Part shown: piece by piece, positions 29,920 to 38,548 of the stretch
Position numbering within the stretch: position 1 is the first letter of the stretch
Layout of the letters: each line of letters opens with the position of its first letter
DNA from: Dehalococcoidia bacterium
GTDB lineage: Bacteria > Chloroflexota > Dehalococcoidia > Plut-88900
Length of the DNA: 64,000 nucleotides
Assembly: GCA_965197645.1 (NCBI GenBank)
Contig: OZ240219.1
Location: 1,664,001 to 1,728,000 of the forward strand
Reading direction: 5' to 3'
Notes under the pieces: generated by a model
Databases searched by the model: none
Told to the model about the DNA's origin: nothing
Seen by the model: the letters and a program-made list of their open reading frames with translations, nothing else
Program-made: the position numbers and the translations under genes

Positions 29920-30510
29920 ATGAAGCAAGAAACGGAAATCCGGCGAGATGTAGAGCTCCTCCGGTCAAGCCTTCCGGATCTTCCAGAACCCGTAGCCGAA
30001 CCCTTCCTCATACTCGTCTGCGGCCTTCCGGGGACAGGTAAGTCCTGGATAAGTCGCAGACTGGCCGAAAGATTGCGCCTCGCTGTGCTGGAAGCGGATG
30101 CGCTGAGAAAGACTCTGTATCCTACGCCCGCGTACACAGCTGACGAGAACGGACATCTCTTCATGGCGACGCATTTTCTGATCGAAGAGCTGCTGGCCGG
30201 TAGGATTTCGGTGCTGCTGGATGCCACAAACCTGATCGAGCGGAACAGACAGTACCTGTACAGCATCGCCGGTAAGGTCAATGCGAAGCTGGCAATCGTC
30301 CGGACCACGGCGCCGAGGGACGTAGTGAGGCAGAGGCTGAGGGACCGGAGCGAAGACCCGCTCAACCGCAACGCATCCGACGCCGATTGGGAAGTGTATC
30401 GGAAGATGAGCGCGAGAATGGACCCCATACGCTGGAACCATTTCGTCGCCGATACGTCAAAAGATGTAACCGGGACCATCGAAAAGGTGGTGCAGGAGGT
30501 CGATCGATGA
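29920..30510 (+). CDS. P-loop kinase (AAA_33/COG0645-like)
   Basis: GLPGTGKS, D.LRK, LLDATN, SDADWEVY. Confidence 0.85.
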   Translation: MKQETEIRRDVELLRSSLPDLPEPVAEPFLILVCGLPGTGKSWISRRLAERLRLAVLEADALRKTLYPTPAYTADENGHLFMATHFLIEELLAGRISVLLDATNLIERNRQYLYSIAGKVNAKLAIVRTTAPRDVVRQRLRDRSEDPLNRNASDADWEVYRKMSARMDPIRWNHFVADTSKDVTGTIEKVVQEVDR

Positions 30511-30538
30511 TCTCGAGACTAGTAGAGAGGAATGTCAA

Positions 30539-32041
30539 ATGGACATAACGGTCATGGCAGGCGATATTGCCCAGGCCGAGGTCGATGCCGCCATAGTCAA
30601 CCTGTTCCAGGGCGTCACCAGCCCCGGCGGCGCTACGGGAGCGGTGGATAAGGCCCTGGACGGGGCCATAAGCTCTCTCATCGAGGATGGGGAGCTGACC
30701 GGCAAGAAGAACGAGATGGTACTCATCCACACCCTGGGGAAGATCAAACCCAAGCGGATCCTGGTTGCCGGCCTCGGGAAGCGGGACGAGTTCGATCAGG
30801 AGACCGTTCGCCAGGTGATGGCCGTCGGTGGTCGCTACCTGAAGGGCAAAGGGGTCCGGAAAGTGGCCACCATAGTTCACGGCGCCGGTATCGCCGGCCT
30901 GGACTCTACCCTTGCCACCCAGGCTATGACAGAGGGAGTTCTTCTCGGGCTCTACCGGTTTGACCGGTACAAAAGCAGCAACGACAAGAAGGCGATCGAA
31001 GAGCTTCAGATCATAGAGATCGATGATTCCAAGGTACCGGCCTTGAAGGAGGGCAGCGCTAAAGGCAAGGTCTTGGCCGAGGCGGTAATGCTGGCCCGGG
31101 ACATGGCGAACGAGCCGGCCAACAACATGACCCCTACCCATATGGCAAGCATCGCTAAACAGGTGGCCGGCCAGGTGGGGCTGGAAGTTGAGATCCTGGA
31201 ACAGCCCCAGATGGAAGAGTTGGAGATGGGCGCCTTGTTGGGAGTGGCCAAAGGGACCAGCCAACCTCCTCGATTCATCGTGCTCCGGTATGTGGGCAAT
31301 GAAGATGCTCCTTCCCAGAACGTCGGGCTCCTTGGCAAGGGAGTGACCTTCGATTCCGGTGGAATCTCCCTGAAGCCGGCGTCCAACATGGGTGAGATGA
31401 AGGGCGATATGGCCGGTGGAGCGGCCGTCATCGGTGCCATGAGGGCTATCGGGCAGCTGAAGCCTAAGATCAACGTTACCGCTTTGGTCCCCGCCTCGGA
31501 GAACCTGCCCGGCGGCAATGCGCAGAAGCCGGGAGACGTGGTCAGGGCGATGAATGGTAAGACCATCGAGATAGAAAATACCGATGCCGAAGGCCGTCTG
31601 CTCTTGGCCGATGCTTTGAGCTACGGGAGGAAGAATGGGATCTCCCCGATGATAGACGTGGCCACCCTGACTGGCGCCATCGTAACGGCCCTAGGCGGGG
31701 TCTGCGTCGGCGCCTTCAGCAACAACCAGACCGAGGTAGACCGGGTCTTGAAGGCCGGCGAAAAGGCTGGGGAGAAGATCTGGCAGCTTCCTATCTTCGA
31801 TGAGTACCGAGAGCAGAACAAGAGCGACGTGGCCGATATCAAGAACACCGGGGGAAGGCCCGCCGGCTCCATTACCGCCGCCCTGTTCCTGAACGAGTTC
31901 AGCGAGGATACTCCCTGGGTCCACCTGGACATAGCCGGCGTGGACATCGCACGGAAGCAAACCGGGTATCTGGTGAAGGGGGCCACCGGCATTCCCGTAC
32001 GGACGCTGGTCAACTACGTGCTGGACCTGGCCGGTGAATGA
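30539..32041 (+). CDS. pepA: Leucyl aminopeptidase (M17)
   Basis: GKGVTFDSGG, MKGDMAG, NTDAEGRL, ATLTGA, HLDIAG. Confidence 0.97.
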   Translation: MDITVMAGDIAQAEVDAAIVNLFQGVTSPGGATGAVDKALDGAISSLIEDGELTGKKNEMVLIHTLGKIKPKRILVAGLGKRDEFDQETVRQVMAVGGRYLKGKGVRKVATIVHGAGIAGLDSTLATQAMTEGVLLGLYRFDRYKSSNDKKAIEELQIIEIDDSKVPALKEGSAKGKVLAEAVMLARDMANEPANNMTPTHMASIAKQVAGQVGLEVEILEQPQMEELEMGALLGVAKGTSQPPRFIVLRYVGNEDAPSQNVGLLGKGVTFDSGGISLKPASNMGEMKGDMAGGAAVIGAMRAIGQLKPKINVTALVPASENLPGGNAQKPGDVVRAMNGKTIEIENTDAEGRLLLADALSYGRKNGISPMIDVATLTGAIVTALGGVCVGAFSNNQTEVDRVLKAGEKAGEKIWQLPIFDEYREQNKSDVADIKNTGGRPAGSITAALFLNEFSEDTPWVHLDIAGVDIARKQTGYLVKGATGIPVRTLVNYVLDLAGE

Positions 32042-32073
32042 GATCGTCGCACAGACGAAGTAGAGCCAACTGA

Positions 32074-33207
32074 ATGATTCAATCTCTAAGACGACAAAAG
32101 AGGGATACAGACGAGGAGGAACGGGAGCGGTTCCTCGGCTATCTTCGAAACGAGCTGGAGTCATTGACCCTGTACAACTCCATGGCGGAGATAGAGAAGG
32201 ACTCTGAACGGTCCCAGCTGTTTCGCAACCTGGCCCAGGCGGAAACGCGCCACGTTCGAGTGTGGGCCCGGAAACTGGGTATTGAAGACCCAATCAACCG
32301 GATATCAGGTCGCACGACGAGAGTCAAGCTTCTTAGCTTCATCGCCCGGGTCTTCGGCACCCGGTCCGTAATGCCCCTCATCCTGAGAGCCGAGGCGGCG
32401 GACATCGACACCCTCAGGGACGACCCCGACGCATCCTCGATTATAGGGGAGGAACGGGAGCACTTCGGCGCTTTGGGCAAGCTGGCGGGTACGGCTGGAT
32501 ACGCCCAGATCGTCTCCCTGGAGCGTCGACACTACAGCGGCACGGCCAACGTTCGTGCAGGGGTGTTGGGGTTCAACGATGGCCTAGTGTCAAATCTCAG
32601 TCTGGTGATGGGCGTGGCAGGAGCGACTACCGAGGTCGGCTTCATCGTCCTGGCAGGTGTGTCCGGGCTGCTGGCCGGAGCGTTTTCCATGGCCGCGGGA
32701 GAGTACGTATCCGTCCGCGCCCAACGGGATATCTACGAGAGAGAGCTGGACGTGGAGCGGGCCGAGCTCAAGGAGGTGCCGGGGCAGGAGGCCCAGGAGT
32801 TGGCGATGATCTATCGTGACAAGGGTTTCAGCCGGGAGGAGGCTAGGGCCGTCGCAAATCGCATCATCTCCAATCCCGAGGTGGCCCTTGAGACGTTGGC
32901 TCGGGAGGAGCTCGGACTTGACCCGTCCCAGCTTGGCTCGCCCTGGGCTGCCGCTATCAGCTCTTTCATCGCCTTCGCCCTGGGGGCGCTGGTGCCCGTC
33001 TTGCCTCACATGATCGCTTCGGGGATGTTGGGCTTTGCTTTGAGCATCGGGATCAGCGGCGGCATGCTGTTGACCGTGGGCGCCCTCATCGCCGTTCTCA
33101 CCGGTAAGAACGGCATCGTAGGCGGTGTGCGCATGTTGATGGTGGGGGCAACCGCCGCTGCGATAACCTTCGGAATCGGGAATGCCGTCGGCGTTGTCAT
33201 CGATTGA
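32074..33207 (+). CDS. VIT1/CCC1 transporter with N-terminal rubrerythrin-like domain
   Basis: ExxH motifs (ETRH, EREH); LGFNDGLVS, AGAFSMAAGEYVS, REELG. Confidence 0.92.
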   Translation: MIQSLRRQKRDTDEEERERFLGYLRNELESLTLYNSMAEIEKDSERSQLFRNLAQAETRHVRVWARKLGIEDPINRISGRTTRVKLLSFIARVFGTRSVMPLILRAEAADIDTLRDDPDASSIIGEEREHFGALGKLAGTAGYAQIVSLERRHYSGTANVRAGVLGFNDGLVSNLSLVMGVAGATTEVGFIVLAGVSGLLAGAFSMAAGEYVSVRAQRDIYERELDVERAELKEVPGQEAQELAMIYRDKGFSREEARAVANRIISNPEVALETLAREELGLDPSQLGSPWAAAISSFIAFALGALVPVLPHMIASGMLGFALSIGISGGMLLTVGALIAVLTGKNGIVGGVRMLMVGATAAAITFGIGNAVGVVID

Positions 33208-33223
33208 GGAGCAAGCAGGTAAG

Positions 33224-34735
33224 ATGAGGAACCTACCGACAGTATTGCTTGTCCTTCTGATAGGCGCGGTTATCCTCTCGGGATGCAACCCTCGAGGATC
33301 ATCTGACGATGGGGCCTTTTCCGAGTGGATACCGGTCCCGTCCAACGCTGACTTCGTTGTCAGCATTCGCGTAGGCGAGCTACTGGCCGACCCAGACGTC
33401 GCCAGTATCGTCGAGTCCATATCCTTGTTCGACGGTGAGTCTCTAACCCTTGATAGTCTAGTGGCGGAGGCGACGGAGGAGGTGGGGATAGACTTTCGAC
33501 GGGTGAACAGGTTAATCGTATTTGGAGACCTGAATACTGACGAATATTTTGGGGCCCTCATTGAAAGCGATATAGACCAAGAGCTGTTCCTCGCCGAGCT
33601 GGAGGCGTTGCTGAACGAGTCGCCTAGCATTGAGGACTACAAGGGGTACGAACTGCATGTCTTCAGCGACGACGGTGTGACGCTGGTCTGGCTGGACTCG
33701 GACACCGTGCTGGCTGGCGGCCCCAGTTCGGAGGTGGCAAAGGACGTGATCGACGTCGTCGAACGCGATGCCGAGCCGGCGTCTGGCCCGATGATGGGCC
33801 TCTTCGGTACCCTGGGAGAACCTTGGGTCAAAGGCGCGTTCAAGCTACCGGCGGAGCTGGCGAGTGAAGACGAAGTGATAATTTCGGGTCTCGATCTAAG
33901 CCTGCTCACGGAGATCCAATTGATTGGCTTCGTCGTAGACAAGGTGCAGAGTGAGTTTAACGTAGAGGTGTCAATACGGTATCCAACAGAGGAGCGAGCG
34001 GAGGAGGCGGCCGAGGTACTGAACAGTCTCGTCACACTGATAGATGCGTTCACCGACGACGGGTACGCCGCGGGGTACATCGACCGGATCGAGGCATCAT
34101 CGGAAGACACCATCACAAGGGCTACCTACAGCATCACCGTCGAAGAGTTGCTATCGGCGTTCGAGGAGTGGACGGATCTATTGGCGAGCTTCGGGTTGGG
34201 CGATGAATTCTCTTCCTCCGAATCGGTGGAACCCCTGGAGATTGAGGGGACAACCGACCCAACGGACGGAGCTCCCCAATTGCTGGTCGGAGAGCTGTAT
34301 TTTCAGGCCGTTGCAATCGATAGCCGGGAGCATATCCCCGTCGGGCAGGCCGCTCGCTCCTATTCCAGCAACCCGCCTACATCCGGCCCTCATTGGAGCG
34401 CGGTGGGCATTGCGCCAACACCCTGGGGCATCAAGACGGACGTGGTGCCGGACGAGGCTCTGGTGCACAATCTGGAGCACGGCGGCATAGTCATCCACTA
34501 TCAGCCTACGGCCCCTCCAAGTCTCGTAGATCAGCTAGTGAGCTTTGTTCAAAGCCAGCCGAACTATCCCAACGGATACGTTCTGGCCCCGCGAGAAACC
34601 TTGCCCGCCACTATCACCCTGAGCGCGTGGGAATACTATCTCCCTCTGTTCCAGTTTAACGAGCAGCAGATGCGGGGCTTCATAAGCGCGCACTACGACC
34701 AAGGGCCAGAGACATTAGACGGCCAACTCAAGTAA
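33224..34735 (+). CDS. Acidic lipoprotein with C-terminal DUF3105 domain
   Basis: Lipobox ILSGC; YSSNPPTSGPHW and VHNLEHG motifs. Confidence 0.8.
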   Translation: MRNLPTVLLVLLIGAVILSGCNPRGSSDDGAFSEWIPVPSNADFVVSIRVGELLADPDVASIVESISLFDGESLTLDSLVAEATEEVGIDFRRVNRLIVFGDLNTDEYFGALIESDIDQELFLAELEALLNESPSIEDYKGYELHVFSDDGVTLVWLDSDTVLAGGPSSEVAKDVIDVVERDAEPASGPMMGLFGTLGEPWVKGAFKLPAELASEDEVIISGLDLSLLTEIQLIGFVVDKVQSEFNVEVSIRYPTEERAEEAAEVLNSLVTLIDAFTDDGYAAGYIDRIEASSEDTITRATYSITVEELLSAFEEWTDLLASFGLGDEFSSSESVEPLEIEGTTDPTDGAPQLLVGELYFQAVAIDSREHIPVGQAARSYSSNPPTSGPHWSAVGIAPTPWGIKTDVVPDEALVHNLEHGGIVIHYQPTAPPSLVDQLVSFVQSQPNYPNGYVLAPRETLPATITLSAWEYYLPLFQFNEQQMRGFISAHYDQGPETLDGQLK

Positions 34736-34755
34736 GAGCTGGGCCGCCCTTAGCC

Positions 34756-34823
34756 ATGTTTCTGGCCAAGATCTTCGTCACGCTAAAGCCGACGTGAATG
34801 ACCCCCAGCCCTGAACGGTCAGG
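34756..34823 (+). pseudogene. purS: Degenerate 5' fragment of purS
   Basis: ATG reads MFLAKIFVTLKPT then TGA; a 1-nt shift continues VNDPQ, then decays (PurS N-terminus pattern V.LKP.V.DPQG). Confidence 0.65.
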
Positions 34824-34862
34824 AAGCCACGTGGATGTTCGGAAGGGCTTTTCGATACTCGG

Positions 34863-35834
34863 CTACACCCGGCGACTCTCAGTCAAAATCTCCCTGAGCT
34901 GAGCGATGTCCAGGTTGCCGCCGCTGAGGACCAGCACCACCTTCTTGCCCCTTATCCGGCTCCTGATCTGCAAGGCTCCGGCCAGGGCCGCGGCCCCGGC
35001 TCCTTCAGCGAGAGAGTGGGCCTTCTCCAACAGCATGACTATCGCCGCCTTCATCTCCTCTTCGCTGACCTGAAGGAAATCGTCCAATAGGTCCCTCATT
35101 ATGCTCTGGGTCAGGTCGAAGGGTACCCGGGTGGCCAGCCCTTCGGCGAAGGTCTCCACCTTCGCCTCTACGTGCGTTCGATTCTTCCAGGACAGGTATG
35201 CCGCGGGCGCTTTCTCGGCCCCGACCCCTATGACCTGTATGGCGGGATTGATGCTCTTGGACACGATGGCGGTGCCGCACACTCCGCTTCCCCCTCCTAC
35301 CGGCACCAGAACGACGTCGACGTCCGGGAGGTCCTCGATGATCTCCAGGGCGTAGGTACCGACGCCTGCTATGAGGAGCGGTTCGTTGCCGCTGTGGATG
35401 TACCTGTAGTTGAACTCGGCGGTCAGGCGACCTACCTCTTCTCGGGCCTCGTCGAAGTCGGCGCCGTGGACCACGATCTCTGCACCCAGATTTTCCATGG
35501 CCTCGACCTTGCCCGGGTTGGCGCCTTCCGGCACCACGATGACGGACTTGGTTCCGAACAGCCGGCTGGCGTAAGCCACGGACTGACCATGGTTCCCCGT
35601 GGATGCCGAGATCACGCCCCTGGCTCTCTCGTCGTTGGAGAGCCTGGAGATCAGATTGATGCCGCCCCTGACTTTGAATGCGCCAATGGGTTGGTGGTTC
35701 TCGTGCTTCAGATAGGTCTCGGAGCCCAGGACCTGGCTGAGGCCCGGGTAGTGGATCAGGGGAGTGGGAGGTAGATAAGGGCTGATGACGTCACGCGCTG
35801 ACAAGACGTCTGCCAGTGTTGGGCGATGATCCAT
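34863..35834 (-). CDS. PLP-dependent threonine/serine dehydratase (no ACT domain)
   Basis: KHENHQPIGAFKVRG, STGNHG, PVGGGSG, SGGN. Confidence 0.92.
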   Translation of the reverse strand: MDHRPTLADVLSARDVISPYLPPTPLIHYPGLSQVLGSETYLKHENHQPIGAFKVRGGINLISRLSNDERARGVISASTGNHGQSVAYASRLFGTKSVIVVPEGANPGKVEAMENLGAEIVVHGADFDEAREEVGRLTAEFNYRYIHSGNEPLLIAGVGTYALEIIEDLPDVDVVLVPVGGGSGVCGTAIVSKSINPAIQVIGVGAEKAPAAYLSWKNRTHVEAKVETFAEGLATRVPFDLTQSIMRDLLDDFLQVSEEEMKAAIVMLLEKAHSLAEGAGAAALAGALQIRSRIRGKKVVLVLSGGNLDIAQLREILTESRRV

Positions 35835-36039
35835 ATGTCGGGCTCAATGCCTCCTTGGAGGGGATTTGGCCCCATGATAAGAGCGGTCCCGTAGTGGTGC
35901 AATGCTTGATCCGGCGCTGGTTGCAACTTGCCTGTACCGAGTTGAGTTATTGTTGAAATGAGTACCGACGCAGTGTAACATCGAAGGTATGCCATCAGCT
36001 TCGTGGAAGGCTCGACGGAGGAGGAGTCAGGGGTTGTAA

Positions 36040-38109
36040 ATGGACCTGGACAAACTGCTGGAAGAGGCTAGACAGGACCAGGAGAAGCTCAGCTGGGAAG
36101 GTACCTTTGGCGACTATCTGGAGATGGTCATCAAGGACCCCGGATTGGCCAGGCTGTCCCACGCCCGGATCTACGACATGATAATGGGCGCCGGCGTGGA
36201 GACCAATGAGCTGGGCGAGCGCCAATACAAGCTCTTCCTGGATGACCTGTATGGCCTGGAGCGGCCTCTGGAGCGCATCGTTGACTACTTCAGCTCCGCC
36301 GCCAACCGCCTGGAGGTCCGCAAGCGGATACTCCTGCTCCTGGGTCCTCCCAGCACCGGCAAGTCCACCATCGTCAACATACTGAAGAAGGCCCTGGAAG
36401 AGTACACCAGGACCGAAGAAGGCGAGGTCTACTCCATCAAGGGCTGTCCCATGCAGGAGGAGCCTCTCCACCTGATACCGGACCGGCTTCGAGCACAGTT
36501 CGAGAAGGAGTACGGGGTGTATATCGAGGGCGATCTGTGTCCTCACTGCACCTACGTGCTTCGGGACCGATACCAGGGTAAAGTCAAAGAGGTGCCTGTG
36601 GAACGGATCGTGCTCAGCGAGCGGCAGGGTGTCGGCATCGGCACCTACGTAGCGACCGACCCGGAGTCCCAGGACATCACCCGTCTCGTCGGGTCTATAG
36701 ATTCGTCCTTCGTCGGGAAGGATAGGGTGGAGACGGCCGGCAAGACCTACCGATTGGACGGCGAGCTGAACGTGGCCAGCCGCGGCGTCATGGACTTCAT
36801 AGAGATGCTCAAGTGCAACGAGCTGTTCCTGACCACTCTGGTGACGGTGACCCAAGAGCAGACCATCAAGATGGGCAGGTTCGGCACCGTCTACGTGGAC
36901 GAAGCGATAGTGGCCCACAGCAACGAAGGCGACTATCGCGCCTTCGTTGAGAACCAGCACACCGAGGCGCTGCAAGACCGGATAGTGTTGGTAAAGATCC
37001 CCTATAACCTCAAGCTGAGTGAAGAGACCCGCATTTATCGGAAGCTGCTTCAGGGGACCGAGACCGACAAGGTCCACTTCGCTCCTCTCACCCTCAACGT
37101 GGCGAGCACCCTGGCGATCCTGTCCAGGCTGGACACCTCGAAGAAGAGCGGGATGTCCATCATGGACAAGCTGGCCCTGTACGATGGCCAGCACGTGCGA
37201 GGATTCAGCCGTAAGGACGCGATAGAGCTGCAGGACAAGTCCACGGACGAAGGCCTCACAGGCATCTCTCCCAGGTACGTGGTGAACCGGCTCTCGGCTT
37301 TGAGCTCCGATCCGGACCTGAAGTGCATCGATCCCATGACTGCTCTTCAGGCCCTGGCGGACGGGCTGGACCAGCACATACCTATCTACGAGCAGACCAT
37401 GGAGCCGGTGGACGGTCAACAACAGCAACCCCGGCGTTCGAGGGTTACGGGTCTTACTTCCAAGGAAGACTACTTGAAGGGCCTGCAGACCATATTCATC
37501 GAGGCCCGTGATGGGTACAGGGAGCTGGCGAAGAAGGAGTTTCGAAAGGCCTTCGTGGACTCCTTCGAGCACCAGGCTCGGAACACTTTCAATACCTACG
37601 TCAAGAACATCACGGCCTATGTGAACGACGACAAGATCATCGATGAAGGGTCCGGGCAAGAGCGGGAGTCGGACGATCGGTTCATGAGGCAGATCGAGGA
37701 CTCCGCTTCAATCCGAGGGCATAATCGCGATGCCTTTCGGAAGGAAGCGCTCGACCGCTTGAGCTACCTAAAGGAGAGGGGTCGGGAGATCGATTACACC
37801 AGCCATGATATCCTTAAGGACGGCATCGAGAGGCGACTGCTCCCGGACGGCCGCGAGATAGAGCAGGTACTGCACTCCGGCAGAATATCCGATGAGGAAC
37901 GAAGGGAAAAGCTTGAACAGGTCCGGAAGCGGTTGGTAGATCATTTCGGATACTGTCAAATCTGCTCTGCAAAGCTGGTAGACTACGTGGCATCGGATAC
38001 CAGCGATTCAAGAGAGCTATACAGGGGAAGGAGAGAACCGACAAACAGAGAACTTGAGCCGATAGGACAAAGGCGAGGCTTGTTCAGCTGGTTGTTGGGC
38101 GATAGATAG
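36040..38109 (+). CDS. prkA: PrkA/YeaG-family AAA+ serine protein kinase
   Basis: [43 protein letters not shown]...FGYC..C. Confidence 0.9.
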   Translation: MDLDKLLEEARQDQEKLSWEGTFGDYLEMVIKDPGLARLSHARIYDMIMGAGVETNELGERQYKLFLDDLYGLERPLERIVDYFSSAANRLEVRKRILLLLGPPSTGKSTIVNILKKALEEYTRTEEGEVYSIKGCPMQEEPLHLIPDRLRAQFEKEYGVYIEGDLCPHCTYVLRDRYQGKVKEVPVERIVLSERQGVGIGTYVATDPESQDITRLVGSIDSSFVGKDRVETAGKTYRLDGELNVASRGVMDFIEMLKCNELFLTTLVTVTQEQTIKMGRFGTVYVDEAIVAHSNEGDYRAFVENQHTEALQDRIVLVKIPYNLKLSEETRIYRKLLQGTETDKVHFAPLTLNVASTLAILSRLDTSKKSGMSIMDKLALYDGQHVRGFSRKDAIELQDKSTDEGLTGISPRYVVNRLSALSSDPDLKCIDPMTALQALADGLDQHIPIYEQTMEPVDGQQQQPRRSRVTGLTSKEDYLKGLQTIFIEARDGYRELAKKEFRKAFVDSFEHQARNTFNTYVKNITAYVNDDKIIDEGSGQERESDDRFMRQIEDSASIRGHNRDAFRKEALDRLSYLKERGREIDYTSHDILKDGIERRLLPDGREIEQVLHSGRISDEERREKLEQVRKRLVDHFGYCQICSAKLVDYVASDTSDSRELYRGRREPTNRELEPIGQRRGLFSWLLGDR

Positions 38110-38114
38110 AAACT

Positions 38115-38477
38115 ATGAGTCCTCTTATAAAAGTCGATGTAGCAGACATAGTCAAGGTGGAACCCAACCCAGACGTCCCCCGCATCGAGTCGGGGCAGAC
38201 GGTCAAGGTCCACTTCAAGGTCGTCGAGGGAGAGCGGGAGCGGGTCCAGGTGTTCCAGGGAACGGTCATCCGGGTGCGCAATGGCGGCCCGGACGCCAAC
38301 TTTACCGTTCGGCGCATCTCCCACGGAGTGGGCGTGGAGCGCACCTTCCTTCTACACTCCCCCAGACTTCAAAAGGTAGAGGTGGTCCGCCACGGCAGGG
38401 TCAGGCGGTCCCGGCTCTACTACCTGAGGCAACGGTCCGGCAAGGCCGCCCGCATCCGAGAGAAGCGCTTCAACTAG
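38115..38477 (+). CDS. rplS: 50S ribosomal protein L19
   Basis: [33 protein letters not shown]. Confidence 0.97.
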   Translation: MSPLIKVDVADIVKVEPNPDVPRIESGQTVKVHFKVVEGERERVQVFQGTVIRVRNGGPDANFTVRRISHGVGVERTFLLHSPRLQKVEVVRHGRVRRSRLYYLRQRSGKAARIREKRFN

Positions 38478-38548
38478 TGGCGCCCTTGGGAACGGACCTC
38501 TTTCCGTGCCCGGAGGCGCAAGCTCGGACCGGAAATGCTCGCTTGTAG

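Noticed and set aside
29920-30510. Possible PSTK (phosphoseryl-tRNASec kinase), given selB nearby
   Set aside because: It lacks the C-terminal tRNA-binding domain and has the SDA..EV motif of generic COG0645 kinases
34792-34800. TGA in the purS fragment as a second Sec codon
   Set aside because: Similarity continues in a shifted frame rather than in-frame, and no Cys is expected there
35995-37659. 554-aa minus-strand ORF, and similar long antisense ORFs such as 1915-3198 and 24590-25537
   Set aside because: They are shadows of well-supported genes (prkA, uvrC, nrdJ) in GC-rich DNA and carry no motifs
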